A stretch of DNA of 64,000 nucleotides, taken from assembly GCA_030704615.1 (NCBI GenBank), contig CM060733.1, positions 72,788,001-72,852,000 on the forward strand. Direction: 5' to 3'. Positions 1 to 11,090 of this stretch are shown here, piece by piece. The translations under genes were made by a program, and so were the position numbers. Position 1 is the stretch's first letter, and each line of letters starts with the position of its first letter. Below the pieces are notes generated by a model. The model saw only the letters and a program-made list of their open reading frames with translations. It had not been told where the DNA came from and searched no databases. Source of the DNA: Takakia lepidozioides (lineage: Eukaryota > Plantae > Bryophyta).

Positions 1-2590
1 CAGCAGCTTTGTATCCCAATCCGTTCTGTTTGCATTGACTATCTTAGCCAAGATAGTACATAGTATTTTGTTGGTAGCCTCTGCCTGTCCATTACCCTGT
101 GGGTAATATGTTGTACTCTTTCTATGCACAATCATAAACTCTTTAGTCAATAACTCAATGGTCTCATTCATGAAGTGACTTCCTTGATCACTGATAAATT
201 CTAAGGGACATCCAAATCGTGTAAGTATGTTCTCGTACAGGAACCTTGCTGTGGACTTGGCTGTGTTGTCCCTCAAAGCTTTAGCTTCCACCCACTTTGT
301 AGTATAATCAGTGGCTGTAATTATGTACCTGTTTCGTGTATTCTTGGATGGTGGATTAATTGGTCCAACAAAGTCTAGTCCCCATTTCTGAAATGGTTCC
401 GTAGGCATTGTAGGATGCAAGGCCATTCTTCCAGATCTCTGCAAAGGTCCTAGCCTCTGACATTCATCACACTTCTGACAATACTCATGTACATCTTTGA
501 ACAACGTAGGCCACCAGTATCCTGCGAGTAGTATCTTTCTACTGGTAGTCTCTTCTCCAAAATGACCTCCAGCCACTCCTTTATGAACTTCCTCCAAGAC
601 TTTATTTACTTCATGGTGGTACAAGCATCGTTTTAGTACTCCATCAGGTCCTAACTTATACATTCTGCTTCCTACCATAGTATAAGGTAAAGCTCTGATA
701 GCAATTCTTTTCCTTTGCTCCTTACCATAACTAGGTGGGCACTGACCATGAGCAAGGTAGTATCTGATTGGCCATTGCCAATCTAACCATTCATCTGCAC
801 TTCCTTGCACCTCCATTACAAATAAACTCGCATCAGGTAACTGATCGTCCACTCCTGTGGCGGCCTCTCCTGTTGTTAGTCGTGACAAATGATCTGCCAC
901 AAGATGCAAACGGCCAGGCTTGTAAATAACCTCGAACTCAAACTCATGCAAGATTATTAACCACCTCGCTATCCTTCCACTTATCAAAGGTTTGTTCACC
1001 AGATATATCAGAGCCTGGTGATCCACATAAAACATAAACTTTCTTCCCAATAGGTAATGCCTGAATTTCTTCACTGCATAGATCATTGCCAATGCTTCTC
1101 TTTCCGTTGTGCTATAGTTCCTCTCAGCACTGTTCATCAACCGGCTAGCATAGTACACAGGTGAATCTATATTCCCTGTAACATTCTGGGCTAACACCGC
1201 TCCCAATGCTTCTCCTGATGCATCGCAGTGAACATGAAATACTACATGCCAGTGAGGGTTAATCAGCACAGGTGTAGTTGTTACTGACAGTGTAAGTTCC
1301 TCAAACGCCTGTTGACATTCAGCTGTCCATGCAAACACTGCATCTTTCTTCAGAAGCTTGCTCAATGGTGCTGCTATTTGTGCATACCTTTTGACAAATC
1401 TTCTGTAATAACTGGTTTGCCCAAGGAATCTCCTTAAACTCTTAACATTCACTGGTGGTGGAGAGACTTTAATGGACTCTGTCTTCCTGGGATCCACAAG
1501 AAGTCCCTTCTTACACACTATGTGTCCCAGAAGCACCCCTGAGTTCACACAGAAAGTACACTTCTCTGGATTCAAGCCCAGACCTCTCATCCTGCATCTG
1601 GCCAGGCATAACTCCAATTTATGCAAGTGCTCATTCTTAGAGCTGTACACACTGAAATCATCCAAAAACACCTGCATGAAATCATCCAGATACTCTTGAA
1701 AAGATTCACTTATCACTCTCTGAAAGGTCGCTGGTGCATTACAAAGTCCAAAGGGCATGACTTTGTATGCATAAGCCCCCCAGTCTGTGATGAAAGCTGT
1801 TTTCCCTTGGTCTTCTTCTGCCACTTGCACTTGATTATAACCACTGAAGCCATCCATGAATGAGTACATCTCATGGCCTGCCACAGTGTCTAATACTGCT
1901 TCTGTGAATGGCAAAGGGAAAGGATCTTTCTTCGTACAAGCATTCAGCTTCTTATAGTTCACACATACTCTTAGTTTGCCATTCTTCTTGGGAACTATAA
2001 CAATGGGTGACAACCAAGTTGTATACTCTATTGGGTATATAAACTTAGCCTCAGCCAACTTCTTTATCTCTTCTCCAACCTTCTGTGCGTAGTTGGGATT
2101 CATTCTATACCTCGCCTGCTTGATTGGCACTGACCCTGGTTCCAGTTCAATTTTATGCTGACAGACTTCAGGTGGTATCCCTTTTAGATCCTCATAGCTC
2201 CAAGCAAATACATCTCTGTATTTGATGAACAAGCTTTTAGCTTCTTCGAAGAATTCCGGCTCCAAATCAGCTCCTACTTTCACCATCCTTGGTTCCTCCG
2301 AGTTCCCACATTTACTTCTCTCACCTGCTCATCAGCTGTGATTGTCCAACCAGTCACCACTTCATCCTGTAAGCTCACAGTGGCTGGTTCTTCTAGGATT
2401 TCTATTTCTCCTTCTCTTTCTTCATAGAAATGTGATGGGTAAATGCTGGTTTCTTCTTCCGTTGGTGTTGCTGTCACTACACCACAGCAGATACCTCTCA
2501 AACAACTTAGGCTTTCCAGCCGCATCTCTGCAACTTGCTCCCACTCTGGGTGTGCAGCAAATAGGGTAGCTTCCTGCTCCTCATCCAGTC
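1..2590 (-). pseudogene. pol (RT, RNase H, integrase) of the Gypsy element, with two frameshifts near 2590 and 2295
   Basis: Manual translation gives KLRVCVNYKKLN, MDGFSGYNQV, MPFGLCNAPATFQR, VFLDDF (RT); HCDASGEALGAVL, NYSTTEREALA (RNase H); GGHFG, YWWP, CDECQ, WGLDFVGP, SDQGSHF, YYPQGNGQAE (integrase). The frame runs off the window. Confidence 0.92.
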
Positions 2591-5542
2591 CTCCCTCCAG
2601 TCATACTCTCTGACTCCTCGAGGTCTTCTTGTAGCAGGTAATCTACTAGATTTCTTTGTGGTAATTTGTATCTCGTGCATCCCATTATGCACAGTTAGTA
2701 ACTGAGAATTCCAGTCATGGAATACCCTGGCCTGTTTCAGCCACGGACGTCCCAATAATAAGGAATAAGCCTCCATGACTTCATCCATTTTTAATACAGT
2801 TACTGTGATCATAAAGATCATTTTCTGTATCTGTATCTTAACTCCTCTTATTAATCCCAATGGCTGTACACTTCTTTGATCTGCCATTGTTACTGTAAAT
2901 GGGGCTGGTTTCATGTTACTTAGACCAAGCTTCTTCCTTAATTGGTCTGTCATGATATTTACTCCAGAACCACCATCTATCAGTACATCAGTTAGTTCTG
3001 TGCTTCCAATTCTCAATTGGATTACTGGCATAGAATCATCAAAGTCCATGACTGGTTCTCGCCCTTCCGGCTTCACATTATAACTGGTCACCTTGCTGTT
3101 CAGGTCTGTGTTTCCTGTTTCTTGGGCAATTCGATTGATTGCCTGATACAGCCTGTGCCTACAATAAGGTGCCACAGCTAATAGCTGTCCAATGGTAATT
3201 TCTGCTTTGGTCTGACATATTACTTCAGCCAAAGTCTCTTCATTACTTTGCATGTCTGCATCTTCTTTTCTCCTTTCTTCCTCACTCTCCTCTTTTTCTC
3301 CATCCGAATCAGAGGAATCTGCCACAGGAATATCAGTACTCTTTTGCATTTCCCTTATAGTATCTGCCACTTCCTTGTGCAGTTCCTTCTCATCCTTCCA
3401 AGTCTCTTCATCTTCAGGCATATCATTGCCACTTCCAGTCTCATCTTCTTCCTCTTCTACTGGAGGTATTAGTTTAGCTTTACTTCTTGTTACTATCATT
3501 GTACTTACTTCTGGTACAACACATGGCCTAACCATGTGAGCTGCCACCACTGGGCCCTCATTCACAGGAGCTCTCATCTCATTCTGGTGTCTTATCCAGA
3601 ATGAACAGGCTGCCTTGCGATGTCCTGGCTGATTACAATAGTAACATAGCTCTTCACCATTGGGTCCTCGCCCTTGGTCTGGTCTTGGATTATTTCTATA
3701 ATCCTGATTCCCGGGCTGGTAATTCCCCCTCGGATTACCCTGATAGTTGCCTCTGGAATTTCCTTGGTAATTCCCTCTTGAATTACCTCTTCCTTCCATG
3801 CCATTGTTATAACCACCAGACCTACCATAGTGGTCCTGATCATTGCTTCTTCTTGGCTGGGGTTGCACCTGATGCACCCTCACTTGCCTAGGTTCTCTGG
3901 CAGCTGTCCTTCTGTTGTAGTAACAATTCTCAGTAGAATGGTTATCCATTTTACAGATAGTACAGTGTTTCTCCTTCATGTGGCATTCTGTAGTGGTATG
4001 GCCTTCATTCTGGCACTTTGCACACCATACACCCTTCCTCCAATGTGTTGCAGCCTCTGTGGCATACTTCTTCAAGATTTCTTCCAATCTTTTCTCATAG
4101 TTATCCCTCTTCAACTTTTCCTTTCTCTTACTCTTTCTTTTTAGTTCTTGCTCTTCTTCTTCATCTGACTCATCTTCAGAGTCCTCATCTTCCTTTTTCT
4201 CTCTCCTGAGCATTCCCAATTGCTCAATTCTGTTCGCAGTTTCAAATGCCTCCTCCACTGTATTATGGGGTAACATATCCACTTTCTTCTGCAACTCTGG
4301 TCTTAGTCCACTCACAAACCAAGTCTTCTGTAAACCGGGTGCTGGTACTGCAGCCAGCTTTTTCATCATCAATTCCATCTTCTCCATATACTCTTCAACA
4401 GTTTCATGCTTCTTCTGCTTCAGCTGTTGTAAACTTCCATACACTTCATCCTCAGTTTTACTTGTCCTGAACCTATTTCGAAATGCTGTATTCAAGCCAT
4501 TCCAGGTTAGGAAATGATTATCAGGGAATCTTGCATACCATTCACTTGCTTTCTTGATAAGTGAACAAGGAAACAGTCTCATCTTGGCATCATCGCCATT
4601 CTCATTGTTCACTATACACATGTGCTCAAATTGGCTAATGTGTACATCGGGATCCCCTTTTCCTGAATATATTGGAAAGGGTGGTTTTGCCCGTGTTGGT
4701 TGTAACGCCATCTGTGGCCCTACCTTCTGCCCACTGACAGGTGCTGGCACCCTTGCTGGTGCTGGTCCTTCTGGACCTGTTGTTTTTGTGGTGGATCTTC
4801 CACCAAGTGGTGGCCCTTGAGCACTCCCTGCTTCTGGCCCCACGATATTCACAGTATTCCCAGCTTCAGTTGCACTACTTCCCACACTCCCTGTCCCCCC
4901 AGAGCCAGATCCAGGCAGCCCGCCTGATCCCCCTGAGCCGACACCTTCGTTGGCCTGTGATCCAAGTGCTCCACTTGATCCAGGTCCAACGGGTTGGGAT
5001 GTCCTGGTTGTAGTCTCAACCTCAGCTGTTGGGTCTACTTCTTCATATTCTTCCTCTTCCAATTTCTTCTCTCTGTTTTCATCATTCAAGTTCTGCCCTT
5101 GGGTTTCTTCTTCACTCATGTAACTCAACTGTAATGGTGTTGGAGAGTCTGAACTCTCCGTTGGCTCTGCCACATCCTCATCTCCTTCTTCATCTTCTGC
5201 TTCAGAAACTGGAGTTCCTGCTTTTGGTGTTCCATGCCAACTTTTATCAAAGATTTCTGTCAAATCTTTTATCCAAGGATGTACCTCAGATCTTTCACCT
5301 CTTGATTGATCTTCTTCCTGTACCAATTCCCTTAATCTTTCTTGCAAAGAAACAGAAGGAGTGGCATCCAACTCTAGTTCTTCCGGTATAGGTGATGCAC
5401 TTTTTGATCTTGATGGTGTGAGAGGTCCAGATGATTCCCCTATGTCTATTCCTCTCTCCCAAAGATATGGATAATTAGCTTTCAGATAGCTTTCCCTTTT
5501 TAATGAATATCTTTGTCGTCTAGCTTCTCTTTCATCACTCAT
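2507..5542 (-). CDS. gag-protease polyprotein
   Basis: Retrotransposon gag core (PIYSGKGDPDVHI...LFPCSL...ASEWY), three CCHC knuckles (CAKCQNEGHTTTEC, CTICKMDNHSTENC, CYYCNQPGHRKAAC) and aspartic protease motifs LIDGGSG...LLGRPWL. Confidence 0.92.
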   Translation of the reverse strand: MSDEREARRQRYSLKRESYLKANYPYLWERGIDIGESSGPLTPSRSKSASPIPEELELDATPSVSLQERLRELVQEEDQSRGERSEVHPWIKDLTEIFDKSWHGTPKAGTPVSEAEDEEGDEDVAEPTESSDSPTPLQLSYMSEEETQGQNLNDENREKKLEEEEYEEVDPTAEVETTTRTSQPVGPGSSGALGSQANEGVGSGGSGGLPGSGSGGTGSVGSSATEAGNTVNIVGPEAGSAQGPPLGGRSTTKTTGPEGPAPARVPAPVSGQKVGPQMALQPTRAKPPFPIYSGKGDPDVHISQFEHMCIVNNENGDDAKMRLFPCSLIKKASEWYARFPDNHFLTWNGLNTAFRNRFRTSKTEDEVYGSLQQLKQKKHETVEEYMEKMELMMKKLAAVPAPGLQKTWFVSGLRPELQKKVDMLPHNTVEEAFETANRIEQLGMLRREKKEDEDSEDESDEEEEQELKRKSKRKEKLKRDNYEKRLEEILKKYATEAATHWRKGVWCAKCQNEGHTTTECHMKEKHCTICKMDNHSTENCYYNRRTAAREPRQVRVHQVQPQPRRSNDQDHYGRSGGYNNGMEGRGNSRGNYQGNSRGNYQGNPRGNYQPGNQDYRNNPRPDQGRGPNGEELCYYCNQPGHRKAACSFWIRHQNEMRAPVNEGPVVAAHMVRPCVVPEVSTMIVTRSKAKLIPPVEEEEDETGSGNDMPEDEETWKDEKELHKEVADTIREMQKSTDIPVADSSDSDGEKEESEEERRKEDADMQSNEETLAEVICQTKAEITIGQLLAVAPYCRHRLYQAINRIAQETGNTDLNSKVTSYNVKPEGREPVMDFDDSMPVIQLRIGSTELTDVLIDGGSGVNIMTDQLRKKLGLSNMKPAPFTVTMADQRSVQPLGLIRGVKIQIQKMIFMITVTVLKMDEVMEAYSLLLGRPWLKQARVFHDWNSQLLTVHNGMHEIQITTKKSSRLPATRRPRGVREYDWREDWMRSRKLPYLLHTQSGSKLQRCGWKA

Positions 5543-5564
5543 GTCCCATGTCTTTCATTTCTTT

Positions 5565-6260
5565 TTAATGTGGCAATAACCAAAACTCTCTTCTGTAATA
5601 TCTCTCGTATATGCCTGGATTTCTTTCAAGCTTCAATGCACCCTTGGCTATACTTGAAGTCTCCGTTACCATATAACCATATGGCAAACAAGTCTGAAAA
5701 GCTGTTCTTGGTGTGAGTTTGATCCACAAAATATCCTTTGGAATCCAATTCTTTACCAGTACAAGCTCTTCATGCATATGAGTATAAACATTCACCTTTC
5801 TTTCTTCCCAGCCTTCAAACTCTACTCGTTTAATGGATAGCAATGCTATCACATAAACCAATGTTGGTAACCAACGTGCTCTTCCTCTACAGGCTACTTG
5901 ATAAATCTTTATCACTCCTTTCTCCAGACCCCATTCTGGATCAGCATCATGCACTCGTTTAAGAATATTTTCTTTACATCCGTCTGGCAATTCCAAGAAC
6001 CTTTGAAAGAACTGTTTGGACAATCTTTCTTCCTTCGTTTCACAGGGAATTTGATTCACTTCAAATTCTTTAATGGTCCAACCACCATGATCCCACCAGA
6101 TGCCTGTCACATCTGGTTGTTCATGTCCCAGTTCCCCAGTATGGTCGCCAAATGTCGCGCGGCTTTTACTCACCCATCCCTTCGCTATCCGAGGCGGAAA
6201 CTCCAAGATAGAAGAGTTGGAAATCTCTAAGTACTCAGCCCGCGCAGAACAATCAGTCAT
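5565..6260 (-). CDS. extra ORF between the 5' LTR and gag, with an F-box-like segment
   Basis: Intact 231-aa ORF starting 14 nt inside the LTR boundary. FLELPDGCKENILKRV...VACRGRARW resembles the F-box consensus. Confidence 0.55.
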   Translation of the reverse strand: MTDCSARAEYLEISNSSILEFPPRIAKGWVSKSRATFGDHTGELGHEQPDVTGIWWDHGGWTIKEFEVNQIPCETKEERLSKQFFQRFLELPDGCKENILKRVHDADPEWGLEKGVIKIYQVACRGRARWLPTLVYVIALLSIKRVEFEGWEERKVNVYTHMHEELVLVKNWIPKDILWIKLTPRTAFQTCLPYGYMVTETSSIAKGALKLERNPGIYERYYRREFWLLPH

Positions 6261-6273
6261 GACCTACAGCTAG

Positions 6274-7148
6274 TGTATCATGGGGGTGTTTCCTATTTGT
6301 TTCCCTTTTCGCATTCATCTTAGCTACCTTACCATTGATAATTACGTATTAGTTTCCTTCACTCCTCCATTCAATCCACAGCTTCACTCAGATCTCTCTA
6401 CACAGTGTGATTGTATCGTATAAATATCAGATTATGATTTATCAGGTATCAGGCCGAAGCCATTGTATCTCTATTCTCCTCTACAATATCCCTACGGCTT
6501 TGCATCTAACAAGCATCTACTAATCCTCCTTCATCGTGCTCTCCGATCTCCGCTTCCGCCTGACTCCCAAGTCCTCCCCGAATAATGATCTCATCATAAT
6601 CCCCGTTCTTCCCTTTATCCTCCTATCCGCGGTTCTAACCGTTTCCCTCTCTAACCGTCGTATGTGAACTAACATGTTCCCTTCTCTGGTGTTGTTCCCC
6701 ACAGTCGTTCCCTGTCCTACTCTTCGTTCCCTATTATCGTGACAGCTGTGTCAAGCGGTGACTGGCTGTGTTTGGCTGTGTCGGGCTGTGACTGGCTGTG
6801 TGGCTATGCCGGGCTGTGACTGGCTGTGTGGGCTGTGTCTGCTGTGACGACTGTGACGGGCTGTGTGGGCTGTGTGGGCTGTGACGGCTGTGACGGGCTG
6901 TGTTGGCTGTGACGGCTGTGTGGGCTGTGTGGGCTGTGACGGCTGTGTCGGGCTGTGTGGGCTGGCTGTGTGGGCTGTGTGGGCTGTGACGGCTGTGACG
7001 GGCTGTGACGGCTGTGTGGGCTGTGTAACCCCCTTCTACAGTGCTCTGCTGTCACCCCTAAGGTTCCTGTTTGTCTCAGTCTGTGCAAAAATTAAGGGTA
7101 CCCTACAGATCCCGTATAAGTGTCTAAGTCCCCTACAGTCCTCTAACA
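6274..7148 (-). repeat. 5' LTR (about 875 bp)
   Basis: Minus strand starts TGTTAGAGG at 7148, exactly where the neighbouring ORF is cut, and ends ...ATGATACA at 6274. The partner LTR is not in the window. Confidence 0.65.
6745..7026. repeat. GGCTGTG(T/A)-based 9/10-bp minisatellite inside the LTR
   Basis: About 30 units of ggctgtgtg / ggctgtgac(g). Confidence 0.95.
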
Positions 7149-8215
7149 GACCGGGGTGACACTTTTTGGTGTCCACCTTGCCACAACATTCTCTGTGGTC
7201 TTCCCTCTTGTGGCAAGGACCACCATACATCCACTGTCATCCAGGAGCATCCCCGCCAGCCTAAACCCGACTCTCCAGTAGTCCTCCGTAAACTTGTTCC
7301 AGGTGGGCACACCATCCAGGCCCTCCAACAGCTCCCCATCTGGAATATCGAGGAGAATCATATTGCAGGCTCTCTCCACCTCAACCCCCCGAGTGCTCTT
7401 GCAATCCGTGCTCACAGCCGTGAAGAATTCCATCATGGCTTCCAAACCAGGGGTGTCTTTAGGCTCTGTAGTAGCAGCCCTCTTCTTGGCTTTCCCCTTC
7501 AGCTCCTCCAGAGACTTGCTGTGTGCCACCTTCTTCGCCCTGGCAGCCAGAGCATCAAGAAAGCTCTCATTGACGCATTGGATGATAGTTGGGGATTCTA
7601 ACTTTGGCCTTTGCGGAAACGTCACCGCCAAATACCGCCATGTAGGCTCGCCCTCAAATGCCAACTTCTTGGCAGAGCCAGTCCCAGTCCGAACTGACTT
7701 GGGAACCCGGATGACCGGTGACTTGGTAGTAGCAGCAGTAGTCGCAGGACCTTGCACAAAGTCGTCGTCGGAGTCACTCCCTTGGGACCCCTCCTGCACC
7801 TCCTCTAGTGCCCCGGTGGTTTTCTGTTTTTTGGGGGTTACTTTACTCCCCTATTTCCGTGTCCTTTTCATTTGTCCTTTATTCTTCTCATTCAATTTCT
7901 CCTGAATACCTGCCTAAGCAAGCTCTGCCGCTTTCCTGGACTTGACAAGCGCTTTTGCCTCCTTTGGACCCAGCGGAGGCAGCGGAGCTCGGTTTGGTCG
8001 GGCCTCCGCATCCAGCTTCAATTGGAACTCGGATGAGTCGAGCGAGCCGGGCGGAAGGTCCACATACCAAGGGCAGTCGCGCAAATGCTCCAAATGTCAC
8101 TCCTTCACGATAACGTCAGTGTACATGGAGTCAGCTCCAGGGTTCCTCCATGCGAGGAAGAATGGCGGCTGGAAGGACAGATGACCTTTCTCCAACAGGG
8201 AGAACTTACAGTACC
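7149..8215 (-). pseudogene. cargo exon ending in an amino (N6A/N4C) methyltransferase-like segment
   Basis: Splice acceptor tttttgaatgcag near 8215 opens a frame with 3 stops (TGA, TAG, TAG) that continues into ORF 7143-7799. CNMILLDIPDG...W...YW...F..A..LLDDSGCMVV resembles motif IV (DPPY) plus the xxLKxxG motif of beta-class MTases. Confidence 0.5.
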
Positions 8216-8249
8216 TGCATTCAAAAAACACAGACAGAATCACATCCAT

Positions 8250-8692
8250 TTTTCCAGACTGGGTCCGAAAATGGCTAAGTCCCAGATCTGACTGGGCCCG
8301 GAACTGGAAAAATGGCGCCGAATTTCCAGAATATGTGCCATCCGCCCCAGGGACTTAGCCATTTTCGGACCCTGTACTGGAAAAATGGCGCCATTTTTCC
8401 AGTACAGGGTCCGAAAATGGCTAAGTCCCAGAAATGACTGGGCCTGGAACTGGAAAAATGGCGCCGAATTTCCAGATATTATGCCATCCGCCCCAGGGAC
8501 TTAGCCATTTTCAGACCCTGTACTGGAAAATTGGCGCCATTTTTCCAGTACAGGGTCCGAAAATGGCTAAGTCCCGGAACTGACTGGGCCCGGAACTGGA
8601 AAAATGACGCCGAATTTCCAAACTGTGCCAGCCACCCCCGGGGCTTAGCCATCCGCCCCATGGCCGGAACAGGAAATTCGGCGCCATTTTTC
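8250..8692. repeat. 146-bp tandem repeat (about 3 units) containing 80-bp palindromes
   Basis: 8350-8429 is a perfect 80-bp palindrome; 8496-8575 is a copy with 2 mismatches. Confidence 0.95.
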
Positions 8693-9164
8693 TAGGGGCT
8701 TCACAACTAATTTTCATGCGCCACATAAGGCAACTTACATCCTGGAAATGTAGGGACTACAATGGCCACGGATCAAAGAAAGGCAACGCGTATGTACCTG
8801 TACAGAAGGCGCGTTGCCGCTTTGTCGCCGTTCGGCTGGTCGGCATTGCCGCATTGCCGCCCGTAGTACAAAGGCTTCAGTTTGCGACGCGGTCTGGATG
8901 TGGGGTTTCTCTCAAGAGAGCCACGCCCTTCTCCACACGGCATACGTCCGAGTAAAAGAAAAAATCTCCCGCAGAATACGTGCGTACATGCCTCGAATGG
9001 AACTTCATCCACCCGTCACATCAGGTGTCGAAGGCATATCCGGGAAGCAAGCGCGGTATCCGTGTGGAACGTCCGGTTCAAAACAGACGGCGGAGGACAT
9101 TTAATGCGCAACTGCGCCCTTAAATGTAGGTATGGAGTCGCCCACAGGCGCCACCTGGCCCACC

Positions 9165-9530
9165 CTCCCCCCGAGACTTCATCAACAGCCCGCTGGATGG
9201 AAAAAAACGACGCCAAATTTCCATTCAGCGGATGAAGTGGGACGCACCGTGGCCCTCCCTCCGCCCGAGACGTTCTCATCCAGAAGCAGCCGGATGGAAA
9301 ACCGGCGCTGAATTTCCATCCTGCAGGCAAGCGGGAGCGCGGCCGGATGGAAAACCGGCACCGAATTTCCATCTTGCAGGTAACCCGGAGTGCTGCAGGA
9401 TGGAAAACCGGCGCCGAATTTCCATCGTGCAAGTAAACCGGAGCGCTGCAGGATGGAAAACTGGCGCCGAATTTCCATCCTGCAAGTAAATCGGTCCACC
9501 TCATGGATGGAAATCCGACACCGAATTTGT
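9165..9530. repeat. short-period (about 59 bp) array of the GGATGGAAA..GGCGCC..TTTCCATCC palindrome
   Basis: Palindrome cores near 9197, 9293, 9347, 9398, 9451 and 9504. Confidence 0.85.
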
Positions 9531-9659
9531 CTCTACCGGACGACATTGGTGGGCATAACGTGCCAAAAAGTGGACCGCAGGCGAAAAACTCTAAGTTGAG
9601 TGACTGATTAGACAAAAAAACGCGAAAAACGAATCAAAATTGTTGATGAAGGGTCGATA

Positions 9660-11090
9660 CGGGCGTCTGTTGATGGATATTCGGCGCCGTTTTTCCATCC
9701 TGCAGATGATCTCTTTTGGCCACTCCCCCCGAGACGACTCCATCCGTGCGGCCTTGGATGGAAATACGGCGCCGTTTTTCCATTCGAGGGATGTTCTCTG
9801 TCGGCTAGATGTCGGCCTCTCCCCCCGAGACGACTTCATCCGACGGGCCTCGAATGGAAATTCGGCGCCGTTTTTCCATTCGGGGGATGTTCTCTGTCGG
9901 CTAGGTGTCCGCCTCTCCCCCCGAGACGACTTCATCCGAACGGCCTCGGATGGAAATTCGGCGCCGTTTTTCCATCCGGGGGATGTTATCTGTCGGCCAG
10001 GTGTCGGCCTCTTCCCCCCGAGACGACTTCATCCGAACGGCCTCGGATGGAAATTCGGCGCCGTTTTTCCATCCGAGGGATGTTCTCTGTCGGGCAGGTG
10101 TCGTCCTCTCCCCACGAGACGACTTCATCCGAACGGCCTCGGATGGAAATTCGGCGCCGTTTTTTCATCCGACGGATATTCTTTGTCGGCCAGGTGTTGG
10201 CCTCTCCCCCCGAGACGACTTCATCCGACGGGCCTCGAATGGAAATTCGGCGCCGTTTTTCCATCCGGGGGATGTTCTCTGTCGGGCAGGTGTCGTCCTC
10301 TCCCCACGAGACGACTTCATCCGAACGGCCTCGGATGGAAATTCGGCGCCGTTTTTCCATGCGATGGATGTTCTCTGTCGGCCAGGTGTCGGCCTCTCCC
10401 CCCGAGACGACTTCATCCGACGAGCCTCGTATGGAAATTCGGTGCCGTTTTTCCATGCGATAGATGTTCTCTGTCGGCCAGGTGTCGGCCTCTCCCCCCG
10501 AGACCACTTCATCCGAACGGCCTCGGATGGAAATTCGGCGCCGTTTTTCCATCCGAGGGATATTCTCTGTCGGGCAGGTGTCGTCCTCTCCCCACGAGAC
10601 GACTTCATCCGAACAGCCTTGGATGGAAATTCGGCGCCGTTTTTCCATCCGATGGATATTCTCTGTCGGCCAGGTGTCGGCCTCTCCCCCCGAGACGACT
10701 TCATCCGACGGGCCTCGTATGGAAATTCGGCACCGTTTTGCCATCCGGGGGATATTCTCTATAGGCCAGGTGTCAGCCTCTACCCCCAAGACAACTTCAT
10801 CCGAACGGCCTCATTGGAGATTCGCCGCCGTTTTTCCATCCGAGGGATGTTCTCTGTCGGCCAGGTGTCGGCCTCTCCTCCGAGATGACTTCATCTGACG
10901 GGCCTCGTATTGAAATTCGGCGCCATTTTTCCATCCATGGGATGTTCTCTGTCGGCCAGGTGTCGGCCTCTCCCCCCGAAACAACTTCATCCGAATGGCC
11001 TCTAATGGAAATTCGGCGCCGTTTTTCCATCCGAGGGATATTCTCTGTCGGCCAGGTGTCGGCCTGTCCCCCTGAGACGACTTCATCCGA
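9660..11090. repeat. 96-bp tandem array (about 15 units) with a 30-bp palindromic core
   Basis: Unit is ccccccgagacgacttcatccgaacggcctc-GGATGGAAATTCGGCGCCGTTTTTCCATCC-gggggatgttctctgtcggccaggtgtcggcctct. The 32-aa periodic ORFs in several frames reflect the 96-bp period. Confidence 0.97.

Larger units (their letters stand above)
1..7148 (-). mobile_element. Ty3/Gypsy LTR retrotransposon (3' end outside window)
   Basis: Minus-strand order is LTR, extra ORF, gag, protease, RT, RNase H, integrase. RT-RH-INT is the Gypsy order. It inserts into and truncates the exon at 7149-8215. Confidence 0.93.

Noticed and set aside
2280-2600. Programmed gag-pol frameshift
   Set aside because: There are two separate shifts downstream of the protease and no clear slippery heptamer; mutational decay is more likely.
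6804-7159. Cys/Gly- or Pro/Gln-rich proteins
   Set aside because: Translations of the LTR minisatellite.
9660-11090. CRISPR array (palindromic repeats at regular spacing; also 20195-21335)
   Set aside because: The intervening sequences are near-identical rather than unique spacers, there are no cas genes, and the context is eukaryotic.
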